A DNA stretch of 64,000 nucleotides from an uncultured Gemmatimonadaceae bacterium (GTDB lineage Bacteria; Gemmatimonadota; Gemmatimonadetes; Gemmatimonadales; Gemmatimonadaceae), in contig CAWHHI010000016.1 of the NCBI GenBank assembly GCA_963829055.1, positions 32,001 to 96,000 of the forward strand, written 5' to 3'. The notes under the pieces were generated by a model. That model did no database searches, was not told the origin of the DNA, and was given only the letters and a program-made list of their open reading frames with translations. The stretch's first letter is position 1. Each line of letters begins with the position of its first letter. A program made the translations under genes and the position numbers. Positions 32,499 to 43,539 of this stretch are shown here, piece by piece.

Positions 32499-34110
32499 AT
32501 GCAGAGATCTCTGTCCATTGCCGTTCTCCTCGCCGCATGCGGCGGATCTGTTCTCGCCGCGCAATCGTACCCCACCGCGAATCCCGTCGTCCGGCAGATC
32601 TGGACCGAAGGGATGGACAACTCGCAGGCGTACAAGCTCACGCAGGTGTTGAGCGACTCGATCGGTCCTCGCCTAACGGGGTCGCCCGGCATCAAGCGCG
32701 GCAACGACTGGCTCGTCGCGACCTACAAGAGTTGGGGCGTCGACGCCCGCAACGAGCAGTACGGCAAGTGGAAGGGATGGCGACGCGGCACCACGCACGT
32801 CGACCTCATGACGCCGCGCGTTCGGACGCTCGAGGGAACGCTGCTCGCGTGGAGTGCGGGCACCGGCGGCAAGGACGTCACGGGCACGACGGTCATCCTT
32901 CCCGAAGTACGCGATAGCGCCGCGCTCGTCGCGTGGTTGCCGCAGGCGAAGGGTAAGTTCGTGCTCGTCTCCATGGCGCAGCCGACCTGCCGCCCCGACG
33001 ACAACTGGCGTCAGTTCGGCGACTCGGCTTCGTTCGCCCGGATGCGTGCGGCGCGCGATAGCGCGACACGCGCGTGGACCGCGCGCATCGCCGCGACCGG
33101 CTATGGCGTCGGCCTCGGGACTGGGACGTTAGGCAAGCGGCTGCAGGACGCGGGAGTCGCCGGCGTGATCGCGTCGCGCTGGTCGAACGGCTGGGGCGTG
33201 AACAAGGTGTTCGACTCGCGCACCGACAAGGTGCCGTCGGTCGACCTGAGCTGCGAAGACTACGGGCTCGTCTATCGGCTGACGGAGAACAACCAGGGGC
33301 CGACCCTTCGCGTCCGCGCAGACGCCGAATTCCTCGGCGATGTTCCGGTGTTCAACACGATCGCGACGATCAAGGGATCCCAGAAGCCTGACGAGTACGT
33401 GATGCTTTCCGCTCACTTCGACTCGTGGGACGCGGGCTCCGGCACGACCGACAACGGCACCGGCACCATCACGATGCTCGAGGCGCTTCGCATCCTGAAG
33501 AAGGTCTATCCGAATCCGAAGCGCACGATCGTCGTCGGGTCACTGGAGCGGTGAAGAGCAGGGGCTCAACGGCTCGCGCGCGTTTGCCGCCGATCACCCG
33601 GAGATCGTGAAGGGATTGCAGGCGCTGTTCAATCAGGACAACGGCACCGGCCGCATCGTGAACTTCTCGGGGTCCGGCTTCACGACGGCGAGCGGCAATC
33701 TCGCGCGCTGGATGGCGAACATTCCGGCCGAGATGGCGCGCAACATCAACCTGAGCTTCCCCGGTGCGCCTGCAGGTGGCGGTTCCGACAACGCGTCGTT
33801 CGTCTGCTATGGCGCTCCGGCGTTCGGACTCGGCGCCACGAGCTGGGACTACGGCACGTACACGTGGCACACGAACCGCGACACGTTCGACAAGATCGTC
33901 CTCGACGACCTCAAGAACAACGCGACGCTGACGGCGATGCTGGTGTATCTCGCGAGCGAGGATCCGGAGACGCTGTCGCGCGACAAGCGCGTGTTCGAGC
34001 TCGGACCTAACGCGCGTCCGGCGGCTGGCCCTGGCGGCGCGCCGGCCGGCCCGCAGACATGGCCGGCCTGCACCGAGCCGCTGCGCGACTACTCGCAGTA
34101 TCGTCGTTAG
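32499..34110 (+). CDS. M28 family peptidase (carboxypeptidase Q-like); frameshift near 33540
   Basis: IGPRLTGSP, SAHFDSW, TDNGTG, WSGEEQGL, GGSD, TWHTNRDTFD. Confidence 0.92.
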
Positions 34111-34133
34111 GCGACCAATAGCAGGAGTCGACG

Positions 34134-35216
34134 ATGAGCGACGGTGTTCCATTTCTCAACCTGGCCGAGATCGAGGCGGCGGCACGCGAGCGCCTGACGA
34201 CGCTCGCGTACGAGTACTACGTCGGCGGCGCGAACGACGAAGTAACGGTGCGCGAGAATCGCTCGGCGTTCGAGCAGCTCGCGCTCCGCTACCGCGTGCT
34301 GGTCGACGTCAGTCGCCGGTCAACGAGCACGACCGTCCTCGGGACGCCCATCGATCTACCGGTGCTCATCGCGCCGACGGCGTTCCAGCGGCTGGCGTGC
34401 GACGAGGGTGAGATCGCCACGGCACGAGCGGCGTCCGCGGCCGGCACGGTGATGATTCTGAGCACCGCGTCCACGTGCACCATCGAGGACGTCGGGGCCG
34501 TCGGCGGTCGCCTCTGGTTTCAGCTGTATGTGTACTCCGATCGCGGCCTGACCAAGGCGCTCGTCGAACGGGCCGAGGCGTGCGGCATGCAGGCGGTCGT
34601 GCTCACGGTGGACGCGCCCGTGTTAGGCCGCCGAGAACGCGATCTCAGGAACCGCTTTCACCTGCCCGACGGGATTCGACTGGCGAACGTGCCGTCGTCA
34701 GGCAGCGTGCCGCTCCCAACCGGACATGGCGAGAGCGGGCTCGCGAACCATTTCGCGACCGGCATCGACGCCGGCATAACGTGGCGCGACGTCGAGTGGC
34801 TGAGGTCGATCACACGCTTGCCCGTGCTGATCAAAGGCATCGTGCGCGGCGACGATGCCGCTCGCGCCGTTGAGCATGGCGCGGCCGGCATCATCGTCTC
34901 GAATCACGGCGGCCGGCAGTTGGACACGGCCATCGCCTCGATTCGCGCGCTGCCTGACGTGGCCGAAGCCGTCAACGGGCGCGCTGAGGTGCTGCTGGAC
35001 GGCGGCGTCAGGCGGGGCACGGATGTGATCAAGGCCATAGCGCTCGGCGCGCGCGCCGTCCTCGTGGGCCGTCCTGTCGTGTGGGGACTCGCCGCCAGTG
35101 GAGAGAACGGCGCGCGGCGGGTGCTCGAGCTTCTGCGCGCCGAAATCGATCTCGCCATGGCGCTTTGCGGGTGCCCGACCGTCGGCGACATTTCACGTGA
35201 CCTGGTGGCGGACTGA
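34134..35216 (+). CDS. FMN-dependent alpha-hydroxy acid oxidase
   Basis: LTVDAPVLGRRERD, VSNHGGRQLD, DGGVRRGTD, VGRP. Confidence 0.95.
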   Translation: MSDGVPFLNLAEIEAAARERLTTLAYEYYVGGANDEVTVRENRSAFEQLALRYRVLVDVSRRSTSTTVLGTPIDLPVLIAPTAFQRLACDEGEIATARAASAAGTVMILSTASTCTIEDVGAVGGRLWFQLYVYSDRGLTKALVERAEACGMQAVVLTVDAPVLGRRERDLRNRFHLPDGIRLANVPSSGSVPLPTGHGESGLANHFATGIDAGITWRDVEWLRSITRLPVLIKGIVRGDDAARAVEHGAAGIIVSNHGGRQLDTAIASIRALPDVAEAVNGRAEVLLDGGVRRGTDVIKAIALGARAVLVGRPVVWGLAASGENGARRVLELLRAEIDLAMALCGCPTVGDISRDLVAD

Positions 35217-35316
35217 CCCGTCGCCTTGGGCGAGACGCCTTTCACCGCGCTGTACTTGCGCCTCACGCGTCCCGTTGCCTACGTACGCGAGACTCTCTTT
35301 CTACCCGAGACCCGAC

Positions 35317-35808
35317 ATGCGCTTGATGCGTTCATTCTCCGCCGTTGCCGCGATTGTGCTCATGGCCGCCTGCGACCTGAGCACCGATCCCAACGTCCCG
35401 GCTCCCATCGACCCGACGAAGGATACGTATGCGCCGGCGCTCGGCGTCGACATCGCGTCGATGACCAAGACCTCGAGCGGTCTCTATTACAAGAACAAGA
35501 CAGTCGGCGCTGGCGCGGCTGCCCAGAAGGGTGATTCGGTTCGCGTGCACTACACGCTCTGGCTGACGAACGGCACGAAGGTGCAGTCGAGCAAGGAGAG
35601 CAGTACTGGTGCGCCACTCGAGTTTCTGACCGGTGCAACGCCGCCGCGCGTCATCCCCGGCTTCGAGGAAGGCGTCATGGGCATGCAGCCGGGTGGCGTG
35701 CGTCAGCTGGTGATCCCGCCCGGCCTGGCCTGGGGGTCCGACGGATTCCCGCCCGTGCAGCCTAACGCGAACGTCGTCTTCGAGATCGAGTATCTCGGGC
35801 GGCTCTAG
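35317..35808 (+). CDS. FKBP-type peptidyl-prolyl isomerase lipoprotein
   Basis: Lipobox MAAC; SGLYY, VRVHYT, VIPGFEEG, RQLVIPPGLAWG, VVFEIE. Confidence 0.92.
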   Translation: MRLMRSFSAVAAIVLMAACDLSTDPNVPAPIDPTKDTYAPALGVDIASMTKTSSGLYYKNKTVGAGAAAQKGDSVRVHYTLWLTNGTKVQSSKESSTGAPLEFLTGATPPRVIPGFEEGVMGMQPGGVRQLVIPPGLAWGSDGFPPVQPNANVVFEIEYLGRL

Positions 35809-35819
35809 GCCGGTCGCGA

Positions 35820-37877
35820 TTGCTCGATCGCGAACCGCTCTGGTCGCCCGCTCCTGAGCGAGCGGCCGCTACAAACCTCGCACGATTCGTTGCAGCCGCG
35901 CGCGCCGCCGGGTACGAACCACCGGAGCGCAGCGCGGCTGTCGACTATTCATCGCTCTACGACTGGTCCGTCGCGAATCCCGAGCGGTTCTGGCCGGCGG
36001 TCTGGGAATTCTGCGGCGTCGTCGCTGACGTGCTTCCCGTTGGGCGCGCATGGACCGACGTGGTTCACGGACTCGATCGAATGGCCCCGCCGGATGCGGT
36101 CGCGGGCCCGCGATGGTTCCTCGGCGCACGACTCAACTTCGCCGAGAACCTGCTGCGTCACCACGATGATCATCCGGCGCTGATCGGCCGCAACGAGCGC
36201 GGCCGCGGTCGCGTGCTGACGTACGCGCAGCTCGGTGACGAGGTCGCGTCCGTCGCCGCCGCTCTCGCGAATGCGGGCGTTCGTGCGGGCGACCGGGTCG
36301 CGGGGTTCCTGCCTAACATTCCGGAAGCCGTGATCGCGATGCTTGCCACGGCGACGCTCGGCGCCATGTGGTCTTCGTGCTCGCCGGATTTCGGCGTGAA
36401 GGGCGTACTGGACCGCTTCGGGCAGATCGAGCCAAAGGTGCTGTTCTGCGCGGATGGCTACCGCTACGCGGGGAAGGAGATCGACTGCCTGACGCGCGTG
36501 CGCGAGATCGTGGCGCAGATTCCAGCCATCGAGCGCGTTGTCGTAGTTCCGTATCTGCGCGACACTCCGGCACTCGGCGAGTTCGTCGAGCTGGGACGCG
36601 TTCTGCGCAACAGCCGAGCACCCAGCGTCACCCAGCCACCAGCACGACCACCCAGCCACCAGCCGCAGTTCCGCGGTTCGAGCGTTTCGCGTTCGACCAT
36701 CCTTTGTACGTGATGTACTCGTCAGGCACCACCGGCCTGCCGAAGTGCATGGTGCACGGCGCTGGCGGGACGCTGCTGCAGCACCTCAAGGAGCTGGTGC
36801 TGCACACCGACCTCCGGCGCGACGACCGCATCTTCTACTTCACGACCTGTGGATGGATGATGTGGAACTGGCTCGTCAGCTCGCTCGCGGTCGGTGCGAC
36901 CGTGGTGCTCTACGACGGTGCGCCGCTCGCGCCTCACGCGGCCAGTCTGTGGGACATGGCCCAGGAAGAGCGCATCACGGTGTTCGGCACGAGCGCGAAG
37001 TATCTGGCGCTCACGGAGAAGGAAGGCGTGGAGCCGGCGCGCACGCACGACCTCTCGTCGCTGCGCGCGATTCTGTCCACGGGAAGTCCACTCGCGCCAC
37101 CGAGCTTCGACTACGTCTACGAGCGAGTGAAGCGAGACGTCCAGCTGAGCAGCATCAGCGGCGGCACGGACATCATCTCGTGCTTCGCGTTAGGCAACCC
37201 CGCGGGCCCGGTCTGGCGCGGCGAGTTGCAGGCGCGCGGGCTCGGCATGGCCGTCGACGTGTTCGACGAGACAGGCACTCCGGTTCGTGGCGCAGCCGGG
37301 AGAGCTCGTCTGCACCAGACCGTTCCCGAGCATGCCCGTCGCGTTCTGGAACGATCCCGACGGCGCGAAGTATCGCAGCGCGTACTTCGAGCAGTACCCG
37401 GGCGTGTGGCGCCACGGCGACTGGGCGCAGCTCACGGAGCACGGCGGCCTGATCATCACAGGCCGCAGTGACGCGACGCTCAACCCCGGCGGCGTGCGCA
37501 TCGGAACCGCGGAGATCTACCGGCAGGTGGAGCAACTCCCCGAGGTCATCGAGAGTCTGGTAGTCGGCCAGGATATCGTGACCGATGGTGCGATCGACGT
37601 GCGGGTCGTGCTGTTCGTCCGCCTCAGACCTAACGAGTCACTCGACGACGCATTGCGCGACCGCATCCGCCGCCAGATCCGCGAGGGCGCGAGCCCGCAC
37701 CACGTGCCGCGGGTGATCGTTCAGGTTGCGGACATTCCGCGGACGATCAGCGGCAAGATCACGGAGCTCGCGGTGCGCGACGTGATCCACGGCCGCCCGG
37801 TGAAGAACACGGACGCGATGGCGAATCCGCAGGCGCTCGAGCTGTTCAGGGATTTGCCGGAACTCGCTAGGCCATAG
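35820..37877 (+). CDS. Acetoacetate--CoA ligase; frameshifts near 36590-36610 and 37290
   Basis: [67 protein letters not shown]. Confidence 0.93.
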
Positions 37878-38100
37878 GAAGGAGGCCTGGGAAGGAGGCG
37901 GACGGCGAGGCGGAGGGCGGAGAAAAGCGCATGTCATCCCGAGGAGCGTCAGCGACGAGGGACCTTCTATGCATGTCATCGTGGCCGGTCTGGCCACCAG
38001 CGCGTTCGAGAAGGTCCCTCGCTGCGCTCGGGATGACGCCGCCCTTCCTCCGCCCTCCGCCTTCCGCCCTCCTCCTTCCTAGGCCTCCTTCCTACGGCCT
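37869..38100. repeat. Nested palindromic element: purine-rich arms around a GTCAT...ATGAC core
   Basis: Outer arms 37869-37922/38048-38100; core GTCATCCCGAG 37933/CTCGGGATGAC 38027; CGAGGGACCTTCT 37956/AGAAGGTCCCTCG 38009. Confidence 0.85.
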
Positions 38101-39786
38101 GCTCGTCGACTCCGCGATCAACGTCGCGATTTGCGTCGTGACGTCGTGCAGCTTCTTGTGCCGATTCGACACCAGGCGGCGGAAGATGAGCCGCGCCGTA
38201 CCGTACGCCGTCGCCCCGATACCGAGCCACGCGGCGAGTCCGAGCAACGGCGCGTGTGTAGAGGCGGCGACCGACCCCATGACCGCGCCGCCGAGGCCAG
38301 CCCCACCGGGGCCCATGCAGAGGGCAAAGGTTCGTCTCGCGTCGTGCCCGAGCTGCTCGTCGACACGGATGGTCGTCTTGCCGCCACGCGGCATCACCGA
38401 GATCTGCAGGTTCCGCTCTCGACCCGAAACCGACCACGAGAAGGTGCGGCCCACGGAACCGATCTGGCCCACTTCGCCGATCTCTCGCCTGATGATGTCG
38501 AGCACGAGATCGTAGTCGCGCTCGGGCATCTCGCCGTCGATGGTCGCCTCGACCACGATGCGCGTGGGCGATCCGAGGAGCGGATTCACGCGCTGCGTCG
38601 GTCCGTCCTTCACGACGATCGCCGAGGTTCCGTGCGCGCGGGGCGCAACCGATGCGTTGTCGGTCCCGCGAGCCGCAGGCGACGGCACGAGCCCGTATTC
38701 CGCCAGCGCCTGTTGCACGAACGTCTCGGGAATACCTGCGTCCACTGCGGATGCGCGAACGTCGGCGAGCTGGTACGCGGACGACTCCGAGACCGGACGC
38801 GCTGAACGCGGCGCAACCTGCGGCAGCGGGAGCGCCGGCTGCGAGCTCGTGTGCGCCTGCAGTTCCGCCGCGCGCTTCCAGACGGACTGTGCCTGTGTCT
38901 CCGAGATGAGCGATCTCGCGTCTTCACTGCGTGCGCGGTCCGCCTCTGCAGCGTCAGTGCGCACGCGCTCGAGGGCTTCCGCTAGCGCGCCGCTGTTCTC
39001 GAACCGGTCGTCGGCGCTCTTGGCGAGACAACGATCGACGATGGCGGCGATCGCCGGCGGCACGTCGGGCGCGACGTCGCGGAGTCGCGGGGCGGGGCGC
39101 GTCACGTGCGCCACGAGAATCGCCGACGGCGTCTCGCTGTCGAACGGAAACTGACCGGACAGCGCGAGAAACGCGGCGACGCCTAACGCGTACACATCGC
39201 TCCGGCCGTCGATGCGCTCGCCAGTGACCTGCTCGGGGCTCATGTAGTGGACCGTCCCGAGCACCTGGCCTGTCGCCGTGAGCTGCTTCGCCTCCGCGAG
39301 CCGCGCGATCCCGAAATCCGTCACCACTGCACGCCCTGTCGCGCGGTCGATCAGAATGTTCTCCGCCTTCACGTCGCGGTGAATGACGCCGCGCGCGTGA
39401 GCGTAGCCCAGCGCGAGCGCAACGTCTCGCAACTGAGCGATGGTCTCGGCGAATGGCGGGCGACCCTGCGCCTGAATGCGCTGCGCCAACGATTCGCCGT
39501 CGACGTAGCCCATGGCGAAGAACACCCGTCCGGCGATCTCGTCCGCGCGATAGATCGGGACGATGCTCGGGTGCGACAGATGCGCGGCTGTGCGCGCCTC
39601 GCGCAGGAACCGCTCGCGCACGTCGGGATTTCCGGCGAGGTGGGGCGGCAGGGTCTTGATCGCGACGGGACGGTCGAGGTGCCGATCTCTCCCGAGAAAG
39701 ACGACGCCCATGCCGCCGCGACCGATCTCGCGCTCGATGTCGTATTGCCCGGCAAGAGCGGCTGCGAGATCGGATAGTTCAGACAC
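38092..39786 (-). CDS. Hanks-type Ser/Thr protein kinase with C-terminal membrane domain
   Basis: IGRGGMGVV, VAIK, HRDVKAENIL, DFG, GTVHYMSPE, DVYALG; two C-terminal hydrophobic helices. Confidence 0.93.
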   Translation of the reverse strand: MSELSDLAAALAGQYDIEREIGRGGMGVVFLGRDRHLDRPVAIKTLPPHLAGNPDVRERFLREARTAAHLSHPSIVPIYRADEIAGRVFFAMGYVDGESLAQRIQAQGRPPFAETIAQLRDVALALGYAHARGVIHRDVKAENILIDRATGRAVVTDFGIARLAEAKQLTATGQVLGTVHYMSPEQVTGERIDGRSDVYALGVAAFLALSGQFPFDSETPSAILVAHVTRPAPRLRDVAPDVPPAIAAIVDRCLAKSADDRFENSGALAEALERVRTDAAEADRARSEDARSLISETQAQSVWKRAAELQAHTSSQPALPLPQVAPRSARPVSESSAYQLADVRASAVDAGIPETFVQQALAEYGLVPSPAARGTDNASVAPRAHGTSAIVVKDGPTQRVNPLLGSPTRIVVEATIDGEMPERDYDLVLDIIRREIGEVGQIGSVGRTFSWSVSGRERNLQISVMPRGGKTTIRVDEQLGHDARRTFALCMGPGGAGLGGAVMGSVAASTHAPLLGLAAWLGIGATAYGTARLIFRRLVSNRHKKLHDVTTQIATLIAESTSRP

Positions 39787-39961
39787 GATGCGGGGACTGG
39801 GGATTCGGGACTGGGGACTCGGCGCCGGACGCCTGTTTCGCGCCTGACCCATACGTCCCAACAGGCCAAGATGTGTCCGTTGCCCGGCACTCGCGAGGGC
39901 GACGCGACGTTAGATTTCCGCCAACGCACCGCCGAACTCCCGCTTCTTCGAGGACGTTTGC

Positions 39962-41086
39962 ATGGCGACTCAGACCCTGCCTACCGCCGAGACCGCGCAC
40001 GACGCGTTTCCTATCAACGGAACCGACTACGTCGAGTTCTACGTGGGGAACGCGAAGCAAGCGAGTCACTTCTATCGCGCTGCTTTCGGCTTTCAGCTCA
40101 TGGCGTATCGCGGTCCCGAAACGGGCGTGCGCGATCGCGCGAGCTACCTCATGCAACAGGGCAAGATCCGGATCGTGCTGACGACGGCGCTGTCGCCGAA
40201 CTCGCCGGTCGCGGAGCACGTGCACAAGCACGGCGACGGCGTGAAGGATTACGCGCTGTGGGTGGACGACGCGCGTTATGCGTACACGACCGCGGTCGAG
40301 CGTGGCGCGATTCCGAAGCAGGAACCGAAGGTCTTTCGCGACGACCAGGGCGAGGTCGTGATCGCGGCGATCGGCACGTACGGCGACACGATCCATTCGC
40401 TCGTCGAGCGGCGGAACTACAACGGACTGTTTCTGCCGGGCTTCCGCGCGGTCACGCCGCGGTATCAGCCGAAGGACGTGGGCCTCCAGTACGTCGACCA
40501 CTGCGTCGGCAACGTGGAGCTCGGCCAGATGAATCGCTGGGTCCAGTATTACGGCGATGTGATGGGCTTCCGAAACCTGATCACCTTCGACGACGAGGAC
40601 ATCAGCACCGAGTACTCGTCGCTCATGTCGAAGGTGATGGCGAACGGCAACGATCGCATCAAGTTCCCGATCAACGAGCCCGCGTCAGGCAAGAAGAAGT
40701 CGCAGATCGAGGAGTATCTCGATTTCTACGGCGGCCCGGGGGCTCAGCACCTGGCGCTCGCGACGAACGACATCATCGAGACGGTGACCGCGCTCCGCGA
40801 ACGCGGCATCGAGTTCCTGCAGGCGCCGACGTCGTACTACCAGGAGCTGCAGCAGCGCGTCGGGAAGATCGACGAGCCGCTCGAGACGCTCGAGGAGCTC
40901 GGCATTCTCGTGGATCGCGATCCGGATGGCTACCTGCTCCAGATCTTCACGAAGCCGGTGGAGGACCGCCCGACGCTCTTCTACGAGATCATCCAGCGAA
41001 AGGGCGCAAAGAGCTTCGGGAAAGGGAACTTCAAGGCGCTGTTCGAGGCGATCGAGAAGGAGCAGGAACTAAGAGGTAATCTCTAG
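39962..41086 (+). CDS. hppD: 4-hydroxyphenylpyruvate dioxygenase
   Basis: HGDGVKD, DHCVGNV, KFPINEP, SQIEEYL, GAQHLAL, LLQIFTKP, FGKGNFKALFEAIE. Confidence 0.97.
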   Translation: MATQTLPTAETAHDAFPINGTDYVEFYVGNAKQASHFYRAAFGFQLMAYRGPETGVRDRASYLMQQGKIRIVLTTALSPNSPVAEHVHKHGDGVKDYALWVDDARYAYTTAVERGAIPKQEPKVFRDDQGEVVIAAIGTYGDTIHSLVERRNYNGLFLPGFRAVTPRYQPKDVGLQYVDHCVGNVELGQMNRWVQYYGDVMGFRNLITFDDEDISTEYSSLMSKVMANGNDRIKFPINEPASGKKKSQIEEYLDFYGGPGAQHLALATNDIIETVTALRERGIEFLQAPTSYYQELQQRVGKIDEPLETLEELGILVDRDPDGYLLQIFTKPVEDRPTLFYEIIQRKGAKSFGKGNFKALFEAIEKEQELRGNL

Positions 41087-41107
41087 CACAGCGCCCTTCT
41101 CGACGGC

Positions 41108-41212
41108 GCTGGTTGCTGGGTGGTCGTGCTTGTTGCTGGGTGACGCTGAGTGAGAGCACCCAGCCCGCACCCAGCGTCACCCAGCCACCAGCACACACAC
41201 CCAGCCACCAGC
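41108..41212. repeat. CCCAGC/CCAGC-rich inverted repeat pair; same unit occurs at 36618-36663
   Basis: 41108-41152 is the imperfect reverse complement of 41167-41212. Confidence 0.8.
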
Positions 41213-41220
41213 TTGCCGTT

Positions 41221-42415
41221 ATGCCGATCTACCATACGCTCGGAACCAGTCCCGAAGAAGAGGCATACAGTCTTCCGTCGCCCCGACGGCGGCTTGTACG
41301 CCGAAGAGCTGATGGGGCACGAAGGGTTCGTCGGAACCTCGTCGTTGCTCTATCACTCGTATCCGCCGACCACCGTGAAATCCGCTCGGCGCATCCGGGA
41401 CATTCGCTGGGAGGCCGACGAGGACACGTCGCTCAGGCATCGGCACTTCCTGACCGCGCGCTCTGCGAAGGGCGGCAGTCCGACACTCGACCGCATCCCG
41501 CTGCTGTTCAACAGCGACATCGCGATGCTGTACGTCGAGCCCGATGAGATCGACGCGCACTTCTATCGGAACTCGCAGGCCGACGAGTGCGTGTACGTCG
41601 TCGAGGGCTCGGGCGTCCTAGAATCCGTGTACGGTGACATGCCCTATGTGCCGGGAGATTACGTAGTTATCCACCGTAATATCCTGCATCGCTGGAAGCT
41701 CGATCTGGCGAAGGGGCCGACCAAGTTGCTGGTGTTCGAGAGCCGCGGACACGTGCGCTGGCCGAAGCGATATCGCAACGAATTCGGTCAGCTGCTCGAA
41801 GGCGCGCCGTACAGTGAGCGCGATATCCGGCGCCCGAGCGAGCTACGAACGCACGATGAGAAGGGCGACTTCCGGCTCCTCGTGAAGCAGTACGATGCGC
41901 TCAACGAGCTGATCCTCGATCACCATCCGTTCGACGTCGTCGGTTGGGATGGCTACTTCTATCCGTGGATCTTCAACATTCACGACTTCGAGCCGATCGT
42001 CGGTCGCATCCATCAGCCGCCGCCCGTCCATCAGACGTTCCAGGGCGATGGCTTCGTGATCTGCTCGTTCTGCCCGCGCCCGTACGACTTCGATCCTCAG
42101 GCGGTCCCGGCGCCGTACAACCACAGCAACGTGGATTCGGACGAGGTGCTGTTTTACGCGTCGAGCGAGTTCATGAGTCGGAAGGGCATCGAGTACGGGA
42201 GCGTCACGCACCATCCGGACGGCCTACCGCACGGTCCGCATCCGGGCCGAGCGGAGGCGAGCATCGGCGCGAAGTTCACGAACGAGCTCGCGGTGATGAT
42301 GGACTCGTTCAAGCCGCTGAAGGTGGCGAAGCCGGCGCTCTCGTTCGAGGATCCGAAGTACCACCAGAGCTGGGTGGACGCGCAGCACGAGACGTTCAAC
42401 CCGCCGACGAGTTAG
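41221..42415 (+). CDS. hmgA: Homogentisate 1,2-dioxygenase; frameshift near 41245
   Basis: MPIYHTLG..PKKRHTVFR, HHPFDVVGWDG, IHQPPPVHQTF, PYNHSNVDSDE, HPDGLPHGPHPG; follows hppD. Confidence 0.95.
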
Positions 42416-42556
42416 GCGCGTACGCGCCTAACTCGTCGGCGGGAGCTATCAGCTAGCAGCCATCAGCCATCAGCTAACTGCCTCGCGACATCGTCCGTCT
42501 CGACCAGGAAGATCCCGCCGTTTGAGCTGATGGCAGATGGCTGATGGCTGCTAGCT
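42400..42556. repeat. Perfect 44-bp palindrome followed by inverted heptamer (AGCCATC-type) arrays between convergent genes
   Basis: 42400-42443 is self-complementary; AGCTAGCAGCCATCAGCCATC (42451-42471) is the exact inverse of 42536-42556. Confidence 0.88.
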
Positions 42557-43342
42557 TCTTTTCTCAAACGCCGCGATCGCGTTGCGTGTGAAGTCCGAAA
42601 GGACGAGCGTGCCGCTCATCGCGGCGCGTTCTTCGAGCAGCCGGTCCCAGTTGTCCGTGCCTTCCCAGAGCGCCTGCTTGAGCTGCGTGATCGCGTCCGG
42701 GTTGTACGTCGCGAGCTTGTGCGAGACCGTGCCTAACACCTGATCCAGCGCGGGGAGGTTGTCGCAGATCCGCGTGTAGAGCCCGCGCGCGAGGCACCAC
42801 GCGGCGTCTCTCCAGTCCGCGTCGAGCGCGAACGCGGAGAAAGGCCCCGGCCCGATCTTCCGCTCGATGACCGGCCCGACGACGAACGGCCCGATGCCAA
42901 CGGCGAGCTCGCTCAGGCGAGCCGGCGCCTCCGGCACCGCGAGCACGTAGTCAGACGCAGCGACGATGCCGACGCCGCCGCCCACGACCTTGCCCTGCAC
43001 TCGACAGATGATCGGCTTCGGGCATCGGCGCATCGCCAGGATCACGCGCGCGAAGCCCATGAAGAATTCCTTGCCGGCCTCAGGTGAGTCGATGCGCTTG
43101 AGCTCGTCGAATGAGGCGCCGGCGCAGAACGACCCCGCGCCCTCGCTCCGGATCACGACCACGCGCGTCGCCGGGTGCTTGCTCACAGACGTGATGCGGC
43201 CGGCAATGTCATTTAGTAGGACGGCGGGGAGCGAATTACCCTTCGGGTGGTAGAAGGAGACGGTCGCGATCCCATCGGTGATCGAGCACGTGACGACGCC
43301 GGAACCGACGGCCTGCGAGCTCGCGGGAGTAGGTGTGAGCAT
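42551..43342 (-). CDS. Enoyl-CoA hydratase/isomerase family protein (methylglutaconyl-CoA hydratase-like)
   Basis: FCAGASFDE, VQGKVVGGGVGIVAASD, LSELAVGIGP. Confidence 0.9.
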   Translation of the reverse strand: MLTPTPASSQAVGSGVVTCSITDGIATVSFYHPKGNSLPAVLLNDIAGRITSVSKHPATRVVVIRSEGAGSFCAGASFDELKRIDSPEAGKEFFMGFARVILAMRRCPKPIICRVQGKVVGGGVGIVAASDYVLAVPEAPARLSELAVGIGPFVVGPVIERKIGPGPFSAFALDADWRDAAWCLARGLYTRICDNLPALDQVLGTVSHKLATYNPDAITQLKQALWEGTDNWDRLLEERAAMSGTLVLSDFTRNAIAAFEKRS

Positions 43343-43539
43343 TGGCCTGCGTTACGCCTCGCTGCATCGTGGGTGGCATTGCGTTTTCGCGCTCGGATCG
43401 CGACCGGCCGGCACGCCGTTAGCCATTGAAATCCAATGAGATTGGTGTTTAATACACGAAAGCGACCGCCCTCGGAAGGCCACCGGTTCGAAGGTCCGGA
43501 ACGGAGCGCCGAGAGGGCTCATCTTCGCCGGAGTCGACC

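Noticed and set aside
34134..41086. Hydroxymandelate synthase plus oxidase (hydroxyphenylglycine biosynthesis)
   Set aside because: The dioxygenase is followed by hmgA and looks like canonical HppD; no NRPS or aminotransferase is nearby
43461..43520. Possible riboswitch upstream of paaA (GCCCTCGG...CCGAGAGGGC stem)
   Set aside because: Only a GC-rich stem; no recognisable aptamer consensus. An Rfam search would be needed.
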